This document shows, in pieces, positions 39,001 through 53,059 of a stretch of DNA of 64,000 nucleotides. Within the stretch, counting starts at the first letter, position 1. Each line of letters starts with the position of its first letter. The notes under the pieces were generated by a model. The model worked only from the letters and a program-made list of their open reading frames with translations. It did not search any database and was not told the origin of the DNA. The position numbers and the translations under genes are program-made. The stretch spans positions 1,984,001 through 2,048,000 of the forward strand of contig JAWMAR010000131.1 of NCBI GenBank assembly GCA_036785375.1, in the 5' to 3' direction. Origin of the DNA: Leucoraja ocellata (lineage: Eukaryota).

Positions 39001-39675
39001 AGTGGTTTGCCGAGCAGGGAAGAAACTTCTGAAATGGTCCCTGAAGAATTAAACAATGAATTGCAAAAACCTGCATTTCCGGCAACTGCATCATTAGAGT
39101 TGAAGGATGATGTGTCAAATATGGATGAGGAGCAATATCCTGCGCCATCTTTAGAATCAAAAGATAAAGACTCAGAAAGTGAAGATTCAGAACAACTTTC
39201 TGAATGCAAAGATGTTGCTTCACCAACTGAGGATGGACTAGCATCGCCGCATGCTTCTGATCAGGAAGATGTTTCATCTGAACTGAAGCAAGAATTTTGG
39301 ATCAAACGACCTTGGACAGATGATGTATCCCAAAGTGAAGAGGAGGAGGAGCCCACTCGGACCTCGAAAACAAAAGCTGTATTGGAAAACGATGAACAAA
39401 ATTGGGGAGCGGGGCCAGGTGAGTGGAGTGGAGCACCATTCCAAAATGAAGGAGAAAAGTGGTCCAAAGAACAGCCTGAATGGAAGAATGTTTCACCAGA
39501 AAATGAGGAGAGTCTGTCCAATCCATTGTTGGATTGGCAAGGTAACACGGCAGATAGTGAAGGTGAGGAGCTGGATCAACTCCTTGATCAGTCAAACGAT
39601 GGCCTCTCCGATAATGTAGCAGAACCTGTTTGCAGCTCTTCATCGGGTGTTGGGCTAAGTAGTCAACCTGCATAA
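36007..39675 (+). CDS. ADNP: ADNP large terminal coding exon (1222 aa; spliced protein 1289 aa)
   Basis: tttcag|[17 protein letters not shown]..., multiple C2H2-type zinc fingers, NLS KR..KKRKLD, homeodomain ([38 protein letters not shown]), PxVxL motif PKVLL (38290-38304), C-terminal LSSQPA. Synteny with DPM1/BCAS4 indicates ADNP rather than ADNP2. Confidence 0.98.
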   Translation, partial: DYRTKPFCCSACPFASKFFSAYKSHFRNVHSEDFENKILINCPYCPYNADRKTLETHIKIFHVPLWKVPSGGKNAHHEKSKQDSSLKLKHGDSVEQAVYYCKKCTYRDPLYDVVRKHIYREHFQHVAAPYVARTADKSVNGTFSATNGREDGTVHCKRCLFIPKTYEALVQHVIEDHERIGYQVTAMIGHTNVVVPRSKPLMLIAPKPHDKALAAGNYQGGKGSMQQNMNRASMSKNAQNSAVNLMSGGGRLPPKYAVSSMAHNYSLGQQMRLPLPGGLPVSMQQRPQTVKQLISGGNGRQYGVGAGEQRRASQMQYNVQSGSMTGNSGSMKQSQYNISQAQRMQGLSASAVKSLTSPTNSANQSPALAGSAAQKWKICTMCNELFPESVYSIHFEKEHKAEKIQAVANYIQKINSFTSKCLYCNRYLPSETLLNHMLIHGLSCPYCRSTFNDVDKMAEHVRILHIDEEVGPKTESTLTFDLSTQKGSRSNIQLHVTTYSTSESTSVENTNYRPQNQNLGFRKPEGQLQQPKPQAKSRIKPDLNSIPQTQIPYKNDVGKTLCPLCFSILKGPISDALAHHLRERHQVIQTIHPVEKKLTYKCIHCLGVYTSNMTASTITLHLVHCRGVGKTQNGQDRSLTHAKVTHSPSVMPMKREYEYAYGDFALMKKRKLDGEEPVQGFTPGDDKPEEPVALAIDPKGYEDESYEARKMFLTNYFNKQPYPSRREIEKLAAGLWLWKSDIASHFSNKRKKCVRDCEKYRPKVLLGFNMMETRKVKHNMDFGTTWNILNNTEIVGKESVTLKPSIEKVNQKLGKGRRDLIRGPEKLEGTVLDLSPQMEENSNPNLGKMKGRTVNLCSENVEGSALDLSTQVEERPSNAGSAMEEGTPLDLSAQVVEESPSIKSTEMVEESPSNMSSEMATESPSNVSSDMVEGSALDLSSQMVEKSPSSMSAEMVEESPSNMSAEMVEASPINTSPDNMEENATNAFVGEDLSSSEMSGLPSREETSEMVPEELNNELQKPAFPATASLELKDDVSNMDEEQYPAPSLESKDKDSESEDSEQLSECKDVASPTEDGLASPHASDQEDVSSELKQEFWIKRPWTDDVSQSEEEEEPTRTSKTKAVLENDEQNWGAGPGEWSGAPFQNEGEKWSKEQPEWKNVSPENEESLSNPLLDWQGNTADSEGEELDQLLDQSNDGLSDNVAEPVCSSSSGVGLSSQPA

Positions 39676-40648
39676 AGTTTGACTTGTTTTGGAGTCTCTT
39701 GCTGTGAAATGTGTGCGGTATCTTAAAATGAAAGAAGCCTGTGTATAAAATTTGAAGGACAATTCAAAGGTACAGAATTACAGATGGGGTTGGGGGGGCA
39801 GTAAAATGTAACTAGTTTTGTTGCAAGTTGCCCTCGGGATGCTTTACAGTTGTACAAAAGTGGCATTGTAATTTACTTTCTAAATGTTTTCTCATTTACC
39901 CATGGTAGTGAAAGGCCAACATGTACTTACTGGTTAACAGTGTAATGTACTATAGATTTCAATAAGACCTTTAAGTTTGTTATATTCATTTACTCAGTCT
40001 GCGTAGCTGGAATGTATATTTCTACAGTTTTAGAGCCATTCTAAGTGAAGCTTATCGTATAGGTCTTGTGTACTTGTTCTAGATTTACTGTATGATTCAC
40101 CTTTTTTTAGTGATGCCCCTGCTGTTAAATAAACGCAGCATTTAGTTCACTTGATAACTGCTTGAAGGAGGTTGTGCTGTAGTGTCTGTCAACATTATTA
40201 TAAAACTAGTTTTTATTGCACATATCCTTATACAACTTTGGTAGCATTTGGCCAGTAGCTTACTGAACATAATAACTGGCCTTGCTGTAATATGGCAAAT
40301 TGCTGTTTAATGTATCCTTTGCTCCAATATTGATGGTTACTGGCATTTCAAATGTTAATGCATTTTTAAAATCTCCCTTCAATCTAAATTACTTACAGAA
40401 CTAGGAATGAAATTCATAATATGCTGATTCACTAATTTGTGTTTTGGATCAGCGCACATGGTGAATTGGGTAAAACATGGCAAATATTTAGAAATGCCTG
40501 GTTTTGCCCATTTCAAGGTTATATGTTAGGGATAAACACCTTTATGGTGTTTGTATACATTGTATCATCTATGTAATAGTGTCTGTGTAGTAAATTTCAT
40601 TTTTGTGATCTTTATTTTCCTTTGTACTTTTCATTTACACTTCTGGAA

Positions 40649-40654
40649 AATAAA
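40649..40654 (+). terminator. Candidate ADNP polyadenylation signal
   Basis: AATAAA about 1 kb after the stop, followed by a T/GT-rich tract; alternatives at 40128 and 40730. Confidence 0.5.
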
Positions 40655-43600
40655 ATGCTTTATCGTACTTTATTGTGTATGATATTTACATGCATTTTAC
40701 ATTATGTACTTGAAATAGTGGACAGTTTTAATAAAATGCAGTCCCCTATATCAGTTTCATAAAGACCCATAATTAAGTTTAGCAGTATTTCTTAACTTAG
40801 TAAACCTCAAATACAGGCTGTTTTGTAAGTTCTCGATAATATATTGGATATGTTACAGTTCATAAATCATTTTGAAGCAACAAAATGACTGCTTACTTTT
40901 GATTTTGGTGGGGGGTGCATCTTAAATTACTGTTGCATTCCTAGTTTCATTAATTTAATGTGTATACATTCAGTGCACATGCTGTGAGCTGTAATTGCTT
41001 ATAATGTTGTTGCTTCATGACTAATTAGTTGTAATAATTCAGTAATCCAGTGGCTGTGTAACTTTGTGTAAAGTTGGATACCATGCAGTCTAGCATGGAT
41101 AAATGTTAATACATTAATTTGTACTTCAATTTTGAAGATAGACTTTAATTCAAGTCTGAGTGGATGTCTTCCACTTTTTTCAAGATCTATTAAGATTGTT
41201 GATCGGCATTTGATTTCATGTTATTGAGATTGTAAAAGCAATTCAATTTCAGATAATCCATTCAATTTAACAGATGCTTACTTCTGTATAAAACATGCTT
41301 GTTTATGATCTGCAAGTTTTTGCAAGGGAAGCATTTAAGAATCCTGACAAATTCAGAATTTAATATACAAATAAATATTTAGGCAGTGAATTTGAATTCC
41401 CCACTTGCAACATTAGAAGCTACAGTTACCAGATCATTAGTCAAAGTTTGAGAAATACATTCGGGTGGGGGTGGAAGTGTAGTTTGCATCATATGGATAG
41501 GCTGTTGGGGCCTACTTTTCAGTTCATTATAGTAGTAACTGCTAGTACAGGGGTTTATCTATCTGAATATTTTTAATAAGAAATTTTAATTAACTCTTAA
41601 TCTTGTAATTTTAATAATGGAGTATAATTTACTCTAATGTACATTTTAAATTCTAAATCTGCTTACAGTTCATATGGATTAAGATTACACTTGTAAATTG
41701 TCCTGATTCTTTATTCATTAAGGTATATATTGTTATATAACATAGTGTCATGGTTGTACAAGACAGTGGTGTATTTTGTGTTCCTCTTGTATATTTTGCT
41801 GAATACATCTGTAAATTTCACTTTCTAATTGTGAGCAATGCTGCTTGGAATGTTCCACCCTTAATGTTGACTGCTTTTCGGGTTAGAATTTGTATGATTC
41901 TTAAATAGTGTCAAACTCAAGTACCATTGCTAACACTTTGCCCTCTGACTCAGTTCTAGATTAACATTTATAGCATCAAGGAATGGGTTCAGTTGCAAAA
42001 GGCCAGTGCAGACATACGGGATTGCACACAAAATGTATTTGAGGAACCAATGCATCTGAAATAAGTTAGTACGCTAAGTGGTATGCAGCATGCCGACATA
42101 ACTTAGTGGATAATTTTGACATTCTTCCAGAAGTCATAGAACTGGCTGGAGCTGCAGTGAGAGTCTAAGAAAATAACTACATTGTGGTTTGGTGACATAT
42201 TCCAAATCCTTTTGCTCAAAGAGTCACAAAGAACTGAAATAGAAAATTGAATATAAAGTTTCATAAGGTAACAAGGTTACATCGATTGGTCTGTATAGAA
42301 TCATTCTGAAATGAGTTTGTTAGCTGTAACAGAGGAAACTACAATTTATATACCAGGATCAATTAAACATAAGTTGAAGAGCTGCCTTGAAAGCTTGAAG
42401 CTCCTTGGGTCATTTGTGTGAGTTTAATCAATTTTAGACAGATTGTGGTGAATAAATCAAAGCACTGGGCAAAAACCTGCTTATTTGAGACACTCACCAA
42501 ATATACAAGAGCACTGTGAAATTAGGTGAAAATACCTATAATTAAGTAAATGTCTATGAATAAAGTTATTGAATAAGCTTCCAAGGGGATTGATTGAAGT
42601 TTCTCAAGTATTTGGAGGGAAATATGTGACAATGTATTTGAACTAGCTGAACTGATTTGTAGTTCAATTGCACATTTGTAAAAATCCTGTTCTTTTACGA
42701 TGCATTAAACTGAAACTGCGTGTGTTGCAGCGGAAGAGACAAACTCTGTCAATAGACTAGGTTCAGGAGTAGGCCATTCGGCCCTGCGAGTCAGTACTGC
42801 CATTCAATGTGATCATGGCTGGTCCTATCAATGTGTCTTCAATATTCTTCAATCAAAACTTGCCTCTAACAGCTAAAAACTGATTAACTTAAACCAGTCA
42901 TTCTCCTGCTGTACATAATAATTAGAGGTGCGCAGGTGATCTGATCCCCGCTTCGATTCCACTTTCCTGTCTGGTGCTCCATTGCCTCTTCTCAAAATTT
43001 GAAAATTTACTACGGCTCTGAAGAAGTTATGAATTTCAAAGATTCCCTGCTTTAAGAGAATGTATTTCTCTTCCACTCTATCTCATACTGGAGCTATGAT
43101 ACTGAGTGCTGATTTCTTATAACAGAAGAGTCCTACAGTGCCTACTTGTCAGAACCCTCAGGAGCTTGTCTGTATCAGAAGATCATCACTCATGCTGTTA
43201 AATTCTAGAACATAGGCCTGATTTACTTAATATTTCACATATAGATGCTCCCTTCATACTTGTAATATGCCAGATGCCAGTTTCATCTGTTCAGACAAAA
43301 TGTCAACTCATTAGAGTTGAAGAATTATCTATTTTTGCTAGAATTGAAAATGTTCCAGATTTTAAAATGAACAGTGGCATCTCTCAGTGTATGTCAGTTT
43401 GTAGGCCTTTCCATCCTTAAACACTTGTTCTAAATGCCAGTGGTTCCAAAGTAATGTCTGCATCTAATCCAGCTGTTCTTGCATCACATTTTGTTTACTT
43501 GTGCAGATATATGCTCCTGAGAAGGTTAAATAGAAGTACGTGGAATGAGTGTTTTGGGTTGACTGTAATGTAGGAGGAGCAGAGATAGTGATTTAAAAAC

Positions 43601-45219
43601 ACCAATTCCTTGGAGGCAATATCAGCAGCCAGCCCAAAATTCAAAGGTCAAAGCTATTTGAGGCGGAGATAGCCTGATGATAAATCCATTGGATTCTCTG
43701 AAGAACACATACAATTATTGTATGGAATTGTTTGACTCTAATTATCTACCAATCAGATAGAGGACCCATGAGCTGTTATAATTTAAGATTCTCTGGCAGT
43801 TGATTCCAACAACTGATGCAAGAAATGTCTGCTTTTGGGGTCATGTCATGTGATTGGAATAAGGGCAATAGTGAGAATGGCCAAGTTTGGATAAAGTTTA
43901 CAATTGCATCCTTGATGTCCTCTTTCATTCTAGTGGTTTCCTTTCCCTGATTCTTTGAGTACAAAGATGGACCAATTCAGTACACATTTTAGCTAGATCG
44001 TTGGATGTGGCTGGACTGTGTTAGGCACCAGGCCTGATTCCATCTGGATTGTTATGAAAGCAGAGATCAATCTGTATCGGAGAAAAATATGAGTTGGGTC
44101 CCTAGGTGCTCATTTGCCTTCAAGGCATGTAATTAATTAGACTGACGTTTAAATGTATTGGTTACCTTTTCTATTACCATCTTGTCTACTGAGTAACTGC
44201 TAACATTTTAACTCCTAATGTCTTGTCTACTGGTTATGAGTGGTCCTGACCCCAAGCTCCCGAGAGATCTGTTAAGTAGATGCCACAACATTTTTTTACT
44301 GTTGTGAGAAATCAACACTCGGGATCACAGCCCCAATGTGAAGTAGCGTATAAGAGAAATACATTCTCTTAAAGCATAGAGAATCTTTGAAATTCATAAT
44401 CTCTTTAGTAGATTGGTAGATTCATACTTCAAGCCAGTTGCCTATAATCCCTCTTTTTATGTCTCATGAACTGATCTTATGCTTGACGCATACCTGATTC
44501 ATTTTACAAAATCACAATTACTTACTGCCCTTTAGTATTGTTTCTCGCTATTATAAACCAATTACCTTTCTAGAATGTACCTTCAAACCACTTGCTTCCA
44601 CACTACCTTTCCTCTAATTCATGAAATCTATTTGCATTAAACATGCAGTTACATTAAATACATATTTCAGCTTCTGACCTACGTTCACTGTTGAATATCC
44701 AATTGTACCTGTATAAATCTGGCAAAGGATGCCTTTTCAAACCCCAGACTATTTAGATTACGTAAATACACCCTTGATTCATTTCTCTGTGTAATTGTGT
44801 CATACTTAAGTGCAGATCTACCTCTCTCTTCCCCCCCCCCCCCCCCCAATCCCCTAATTCTCTAATCAATATTAATTGACATGCATATTTTAATTAATTA
44901 TTTGGCAGGCAAAGTTACAATAATCATCCCCCACAAAAGCTAATTTTCTCTGGTATCAATTTTTAGCACTTAGTCTAACCAGGTTGTTTGCAATTTGAAG
45001 CAAGTTACTAGCTTATGTGAAACAATTTCTTTAAAACTACCTTTAGCCATTCCTTTCAGTCAATCTGTTTAACCTCTCATTGTAACTTAATGAAGTTTAT
45101 GCTTTTTATTAATGCTATATTGTCAGGCACCTATTAATTTCATTTTTCAAAATGTTTGGGTTTTATCCAATTCTTTATCGAGAAACTTGCATTCACCTCA
45201 AATTTAAAAAAACAAGATA

Positions 45220-46803
45220 CAGTGCCATCCATAATGTTTGGGACAAAGACCTGTCATTTATTTATTTGCCTCTGTTCTCCACAATTTGAGATTTGTAATA
45301 GCAAAAATAACGTGGGTAAAGTGCACATTGTCAAATTTTATAAATTGCCATTTTTACAAATTTTGGTTTCACCGTGTAGAAATTGCAGCTGTGTTTATAC
45401 ATAGTCCCACCATTTAGGGGCACCATAATGTTTGGGCACATGGTTTCACATGTGTTTGTAATTGCCTCCTTAATGCAAGTATAAGAGTTCTCAGCATCTA
45501 GTCTTTCCATCACATTTGGAAACTTTTTATTGCTGTTTATCAACATGAGGACCAACGTTGTGCCAATGAAAGTCAAAGAAGCCATAATGAGCTGAGAAAC
45601 AATAAAACTGTTAGATACATCAACCAAACCTTAGGCTTACCAAAATCAACTGTTTGGAACATCATTATGAAAAATGAGAGCACTGGTGAGCTTACTAATC
45701 GCAAAGGGACTGGCAGGTCAAGGAAGACCTCCACAGCTGATGACAGAAGAATTCTCTCTATAATGAAGAAAAATCCCCAAACACCCGTCCGACAGATCAG
45801 AAACACTCTTCAGGAGTCGTGTGGATTTGTCAATTACCACTGTCTGCAGAAGACTTCATGAACAGAAATGGAGAGGCTACACTGCAAGATGCAAACTACT
45901 GGTTAGCCACAAAAATAGGATGGCCAGGTTACAGTTTGCCAAGAAGTACTTAAAAAAGCAACCACAGTTCTGGATAAAGGTCTTGTGGACAGAAGAGACG
46001 AAGATTAGCTTATCAGAGTGATGGTAAGAGCAAAGTATGGAGGAGAGAAAGAACAAGATCCGAGGATTCATCCTCATCTGTGAAACACAGTGGTGGGGGT
46101 ATTGTGGCCTGGGCATGTATGGCTGCTGAAGGTATTGGCTCACTTATCTTCATTCATGATTACAACTACTGATGGTAGCATAATGAATTCTGACACCCTA
46201 TCTGCTCGAGTTCAAACAAATGCCTCAAAACACATTTGCCGGCGGTTCATTCTACAGCAAGACAATGATCCCAAATATACTGCAAAAGCAACAAAGGAGT
46301 TTTTCAACGCTAAAAAATGGTGAATTCTTGCATGGCTAAGTCAATCACCCGATCTGAACCCAATTGAGCATGCCTTTTATATGCTGAAGATAAAACTTGA
46401 AGAGGACTAGCCCCCAAAACAAGCATAAGCTAAAGATGGTTGCAATAAAGGCCTGTCGGAGAATCACCAGAGAATACACCCAGCAACTGGTGATGTGCAT
46501 GAATCACAGCATACAAAGGATATGCAACAAAATACTAAACATGACTACTTTCATTTACACGACTGCCAAACCTTGTAGTGCCCTGAAATGGGGGGGGGGG
46601 GGGGGGGCTATGTATAAACTGCTGTAACTTCTATATGGTGAAACCAAAATGTAGAAAATGGCCGTTATTGAAATCTGACCATGTGCACTTTAACCACATG
46701 TGATTCTTTCTATAACAAATCTCAAATTGTGGAGTACCGAGGCAAATAAATAAATGACGGGTCTTTGTCCCCTTTATTAAAGATAACATTATGGAGGGCA
46801 CTG
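45220..46803 (+). mobile_element. Full-length Tc1/mariner transposon, second family, with degenerate transposase
   Basis: TA|CAGTGCCATCCATAATGTT...AACATTATGGAGGGCACTG|TA with long TIRs. Fragments [47 protein letters not shown]. Confidence 0.93.
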
Positions 46804-46934
46804 TATTAGTGTAACATTCTTAAATCTGGAAACGTCACTTGCCTGAGAAGCAACATGTTCCAAACACTTTTGTTCTCTAGATCTGAGGTTTTGTTTCAAC
46901 TATTTCACTTCACCTCAAATATTGACCTCTAAAA

Positions 46935-47250
46935 AAAATAAAGTACTGGAGTGACTTGCCAGTTCGGGTAGCGTTTTTGAAGAACATGAATAGGTGATGT
47001 TTCGGGTCAGGATCCTCCTTCAAGCTGATTGCGGTGAAAGAGGGGAAAAGCGGGATGAGACGGGGTAGGACACCTTGCATGTAATAGTTGGACAACAGCT
47101 AGAGATGAAAAAGATAAAAGGTGTGAGAATTATCAAAGAGGAGGTGTGAATTGTGAAGGAATCGGGAAGAAGGCGCAAATCCAGGTGAGGCCAAGGATGG
47201 GGGGAATGCACCTAAACATGGAGAATTCAATGTTCATACCATTAGGTTAT
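46935..47250 (-). mobile_element. Penelope-like pseudo-LTR fragment with degenerate hammerhead motif
   Basis: aataggtgatgtttcgggtcaggatcctccttcaag followed by a purine-rich tract and ggagaattcaatgttcatacc; a similar region lies at about 23345-23830. Confidence 0.5.
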
Positions 47251-50200
47251 AAGATAGCGACATCTTACTCCTAATCAATTCTTTATGGCCACGTATCAAT
47301 CAGTGTATTCCATGTAATATCCCCCCAAAAAGGTCACTTTGAAATACATAACCATTCAATTTTAAGGTTTAGAAGAGAGGACAAACGGCATATGCTTCTG
47401 TTTGGTAATTAATGCTTGTTCAATAGTTTGAAATTTCATGCATCTATCCTTAAGCCTTGGGGAAAAAAAGAAGAAACTCCAGTCCTTTCATATTGGATTT
47501 AATATGCTGTGACGCCAACAGTTCCAAATGCCAATTCAGTTAAGTTCTGCTCAGGGCAGCAAGGTAAAAATCTCGTGTTTTATAATTTGGCTGATAACCC
47601 GTTTCAGTGGGAAAAATCAATCTGAGGCGATTAGAAAGGTACTTTAAAGGTTGACCTAAAAACATCACAGGTCATGAGAAGTAATTAATGGACATCACAA
47701 TGAGTCGTTGAGTACATTTTTTTGTATTAAAAAGCGACGTATTATGAGTGCAGAGAAAACAAGGTAAATGCACTGTTGGAGGGTTACATGCTACAAAATG
47801 GTTCATTTTGCTAATTCTATGTGAATATTTCATTGTAGCCTCTCCAGTCAAGTTGTAATGTGAAAGATCTGAAATCGGAGAAGTAGCTAAAGTATTAACT
47901 TGGCCTAATTTAATATTCTAATGTATTAAGAGTTTCTAAGGCATGCCATATTTTTCTTTGAGTTAACCAGAAGTGATACAACTGGAGCTAATTTCATCTT
48001 GGATCTCCTCGTATTGATTTGTGGGTGATCTTTAAACTAATTTAGAGATGAATACCCATTAATTTGCCAAATAAATACTTTAAAGAAAATTTCATGATTT
48101 GAATGATGACTACATGGTGCTGATCCAAATATTGCATATAGCAGTTCATTAAGCTTTGTATTGTGCCAGCATTAAAATAAGAATCAACTTAACCATTGAC
48201 TGGGATAATAGCTGAACCAGAAATGCTATTAATTGTAAAGTATTCCTATTCATTTGGTACACCAAGAAAATTCTTTTTGGGATAGGAATTTAATTTTGTT
48301 GTAGCTTTTCTTTATACACAGTATGATGCGCTTCTTAAATATTTTAAGTAGTTCATTCAAAATTGTGCTTGGAAGATCATCTGAATCAAGTGGATTTCAT
48401 TTTGCTGCATTGATTGAAATACTAAAGGCTATATACAAGTTGTTACAAATTTCTGAAAATCAAGTTCACTCACTGACTAGGTTATGGCTTCCCTTTAGTA
48501 TGACTGGATTCTTAAGCGCATTAAGAATCAGGAGTCCTTCACCTAGTGTGGATACTTTTCTGTTCTTAGAAATTAAAAAGGTAAAACTGATTTGTAATAG
48601 AAAGAGGGACCATTTTGTACAAAATACTGAAATTGCCACTAATTTTCAACAAAACACTTGCATTGGTTAAATTATAAAATCCGAGTCACTGGCACAAGCT
48701 TTTTATTAAGTTAGCTATGGTTTTAAATAGATAATTCATTGGTGACTATTTCAATTTATGAACTAGCTGTAGCATATTAACTGAAAAGTATGAACAGGTT
48801 AATGGTGTATGGGTGCTACTAAAACGTAGGCCAACATATTAGTTTTATCACAATTGGAAATCCGTGCATCAGCTATCACAAGGTAAATTTTAAATGCACT
48901 GGTACAGTTCATACTTTTGACTAAATAACTGGCATCTGTAAAGTACTCTCGTCAATCAATATGATTTAACCTTTTCTACAAAAATTGTCTTCTATTCAGA
49001 TTAAATTAAATACCAGAAAACATTAGCAAAGTTGCACAATATAAAATATTTTTCCCATAAATTGACAATCCTGAGCCACTTTCAAAAGTGAAATTATATT
49101 GAAATTGTACCATAAATGTATATCTTTAATGTAGATAAATATTCGTGCTTTAAAAAGTAATTTTCTCACTAACCTAATTGATAGCTAATCATTTAAGTCT
49201 TTCAGTTTAATTTAAATGCAAAATGTACATTGATAAATTAGTGAATGGCAAAAGTTATGCCGCATTAATTGGATAATAAAGAGACAATTTAAAACAAATT
49301 ATAGCATTGATCAAGTGGTAATACAAGTAATGCTCAATAGTTTTACACCTCTACATTGTTACAGCATACACAATAATTCTGTCTGCAAACAAATTTGACA
49401 TTACACCTGGAGTCAATTTACAAAGTAACAATGATCTCAATTTTAATTCAAAGACATCAGCACAAAACATTATGCAGAAGACAAATTACTGTTGGTCATT
49501 TTCACCACCATTGGTAGGAAGACGTTTCGAAAGGTTTGAGCAATTTGCTGTTATAAATTCCATACGTTAGTGATAACTTCACTTTTAAAAACAGGATCAA
49601 ATTTTGGTTAGTGGCCCAATCCATATTTTTAAGGCTGATTTTATCACATTTATCACAATGCCAATTTTGTCTTATTAAATACTTAACAATCCTTTCAAAC
49701 TATTTCCTTTTCTTGTCTCGTTTGTGTCATTTACAACTGCTGCTAGAGGTTTGGCTATGGCTGCATTACTTAACAGGAACAGATGCTTTCTGTACCTCAA
49801 CTGCTGGGTAAAAATTACATGTTAAATTGACAAGTGTGTAGTGTTTCCATGATATAAAACGGATCCTATTGAATTTATAACATCAATGTTGGAGAATTAT
49901 GCTGTTGGGATAAATATCTGAATAAAATGAATCATTTTACCATTAACCTATCTGCTTTACAAAATAACTATTTTTAGACTTTCTATTGCTTCCATTATAT
50001 TCTTATTTTGATTTTAAAGCTCTGCTTTTTAAGCTAAGTGGCAGTTGACCTTTGTTTTTCTAGAAAATAAAATTCCAAAAGCAGGAAAAGTATTGTATTC
50101 ATAAACTTGAACCAATTAACATAGATATTAAGTCACAGTGTTATGATTATTCAGGAATACTCCAGTAAATACTGTTAGAATTTAGATTATATGTTCATGC

Positions 50201-50435
50201 TTGGTATTTTTAAGCATGCATGTGAAAACTTTCCATTTTTTAAGACACCTTTATCTTGAAGCACACTGCTGTCAATCCGTCACTGAATTTACTTGTTCAT
50301 AATATTTCTTGCATTGAAAGAAAAACACCCCAATATTGCGTTGCCTTGGCCAGGCGATAGTTTTAAACTTTATGTTGCACTTAATATGCTGCCATGGTGG
50401 GTTGGAGCTACAACTTTAGACATTTTTTGATATTA

Positions 50436-50735
50436 CAGGCCCATTACCGATTTTCCGGCATCCTTGTTTCCAGAACCTTTCTGGATAATCCACTTTGGTA
50501 GACCAACAGAGGTCACAGCCTCTCGAGGATTCCAACAGTATAGGCTACGGGCCTGCATAGTCGGCCTCTGAAATCAGCCCTGGCCCGCCGATCATTATGG
50601 AAGTCTCAATGAGGTCGGGATTGGCACCACAGTGTCGGGGGGACTTCCGAGGAGATTTTGAGTGCACTCTCATAATTGTATTTGGATTTAAGGAGGTGCT
50701 AGATCACAGTTGCTGGAAAATCAGTGGTGGAGCTG
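50436..50735. mobile_element. Complete 300-bp Tc1/mariner (pogo/Tigger-type) MITE
   Basis: TA|CAGGCCCATTACCGATTTTCCGGCA ... TGCTGGAAAATCAGTGGTGGAGCTG|TA: imperfect TIRs with TA duplication. Confidence 0.75.
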
Positions 50736-50929
50736 TACTACTAATTTACAGTATTCAACCCCATTAATCCAAGTGTCTTCATGCGTCCGCTTTGTACTTC
50801 AAGAGTTATTTCACATGATATCCATAATTTCAATTAAGCGATTTCCAGGTCAAACTAGGTGGACAAACTGTACAAGACTTGCAATAATGTCCATGTCAGC
50901 ATGAACAGTGACCTCTTAAGCAACGATAG

Positions 50930-51049
50930 TTATGAGTTGTTTGGTTTGAAGAATGTCCTATTGGGATTTGCAGGAAAATATGCTTCAGTTCGATATAGGT
51001 TGGGTAGCTCGTATGTTAAATTCTGTTGGTTAAGAAGGTTTTGGTTTTT
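50930..51049 (-). CDS. BCAS4: Breast carcinoma amplified sequence 4 (BLOC1S4/cappuccino family), terminal coding exon
   Basis: tgcag|AAA. KNQNLLNQQNLTYELPNLYRTEAYFPANPNRTFFKPNNS* (human ...TYELPTLYRTEDYFP). Confidence 0.88.
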   Translation of the reverse strand, partial: KNQNLLNQQNLTYELPNLYRTEAYFPANPNRTFFKPNNS

Positions 51050-51288
51050 CTGCATGAGAACAATAATGAGAAAGTAATTGAAATGCAATGGTTGGATTAT
51101 TGCTGGTTTTAAATAAACAAATAGTGCAAATTTCCATTGCATTTATCACCCATCACCAATTTACCCCACCCCCTGAAAAGATAATTCCCCTTACTTGTTA
51201 ATAATGAACACATAATTAAGCAATTGAATTGTTAACATTTATAAATAAAACTTTGTGGTTTATGTATGGGTTCTGTGCTTTCACTTAC

Positions 51289-51420
51289 ATTCACAAAAGG
51301 TGCATTGATTGAATGCAGAAATTTGCAAACACCACGGGACAAGTTGCTGCAATCTTTTTCTGCCTGAACCACTTGCTCTTCTAGCGTAGCTGCACTCTGT
51401 TCAACCATCTTCACAAAAAT
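51289..51420 (-). CDS. BCAS4: BCAS4 internal exon (132 bp)
   Basis: ttgcag|ATT...AAT|gtaagt. IFVKMVEQSAATLEEQVVQAEKDCSNLSRGVCKFLHSINAPFVN. Confidence 0.9.
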
Positions 51421-53059
51421 CTGCAAAAGATAAATACTTATACTGTAATAATTTATGGCAAAGAATATTTTTCATCTGGCAGCTGTCATTAGTTTGTTCA
51501 AACTACCTTGCCTGGGAAAATAGGTTATTTGCTGTTTCTCCTATCCATTTCACTGAGTTAAATTATGGGCAGGAATTTGTTCAAAGCAGCAGGTTGTGCC
51601 TACTGAAATTAGATGAAGAGCTGGGTAAAAGATCTAAGAACACTGACTAGGTAATTTGAAATGCTAATAAAAGGACAATAAAATGAATTAAGGAGAGTTA
51701 TTTCAGTTCTTTATTCAAACTTAACTCTTAGCCAATTCCATTATAAAGCAAGGCATACACTGCAGGATAAATTCCCAATTCTTATAAAATGGTAACTGAC
51801 AATGTTCAGCTATGATTGGCATCTTTGCTCCAATTTGTCCTTGGTCTGCTTTAGTCACCTTAGAACCAGCAAAATCCAAATAGAAGCAAGTCATCCTCGA
51901 ACTCAGGATTGCCGTAGTATTCATCTTGAGATGATGGAAGTAATTTTATATTAAAACTAGGCAATGCCTATCTCCATTCATAGCTAATGCTTCCAAATAT
52001 TGGCTTAAAAAAATCATTTCAAAAGAATTAATTGACTATTTTCATAACTCATTTCAACAAGCTAATGATTTGAACAAAATCAACTCCGTATGCAGCACAA
52101 TCAACAATACATACATTCACATGAAGATTCACAAGCTGTAAGTATTAGCTTCAAGTCAACAAAAGGTACCATGTTCTAAAATCAAAAGGAAAACTTAAGG
52201 ACAAATTAACTGGATAACATTTCCAAATTCCAAGATGGCATCCCATAAAATAGTGATAATTGATTCAGAGAGTGAAACATAGGAGTTAATCCAAAATTTA
52301 ATTAATCTCTAGTATGATCATTTTTTTTCCAATGATGAATCTGTTCCAATGTTTTTTCAAAAGAGCATTTTGTGGATGTAAATAAATAATGGGCTCTCAT
52401 GTGAATTAAAATCTTAAGTTAACAGAAGTTTTAGCCAACATAAATATGAATACCAATAATTTACATCTTTGGAACAGATCAGAAGTTTAAGTCCTAAAGT
52501 TGTTTTTGAAAAAAGGCAATTTAATTGAAAGTTGGCTAAGTCTTAGGCATCTATTGAAGATTTACCCAGCACTTTTGCAGGTGAATTTTGTTCTCACTTC
52601 CATTTCCCCCCCTTTCCCCTCACACCTCAAGATTTTTCAAGGCTTCAGGTTCACATATCTGAACAAAATAATGAAAAACAGCCACGTCATTGGCCCAAAC
52701 CAATATTCTTTGTCAATTTGTGTAATTATATTATCAATTAACATGTAAATATACAACATTAAATCCAATTCTTTTTAAGCATTAAACTCAAATCGCAATG
52801 ATCACCTTTTAAGCTACAATTTATTTAGAAAAGCCAAGCTAATAGTCCAAGGAAAAACATGAATTGATTAATGGCATCAAAGAGATAAGCCATTGTATCG
52901 TTGATAATACAATTCTAATATGACGTTCCCATTTATACATTTTTGGGTGGACGACGTTGGACATTTATTGTCCAGCACCAGCTATTGAATTGGAAACGCA
53001 GGTAAGAATCAATCATCTTTGTCAACAATTTTATTTTATGCAACATTATGAATTAAGGT

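Noticed and set aside
38169-39673. Several 68-174-aa antisense and alternative-frame ORFs over the ADNP C-terminus
   Set aside because: Shadow ORFs of a repetitive Glu/Ser-rich coding region; no independent evidence.
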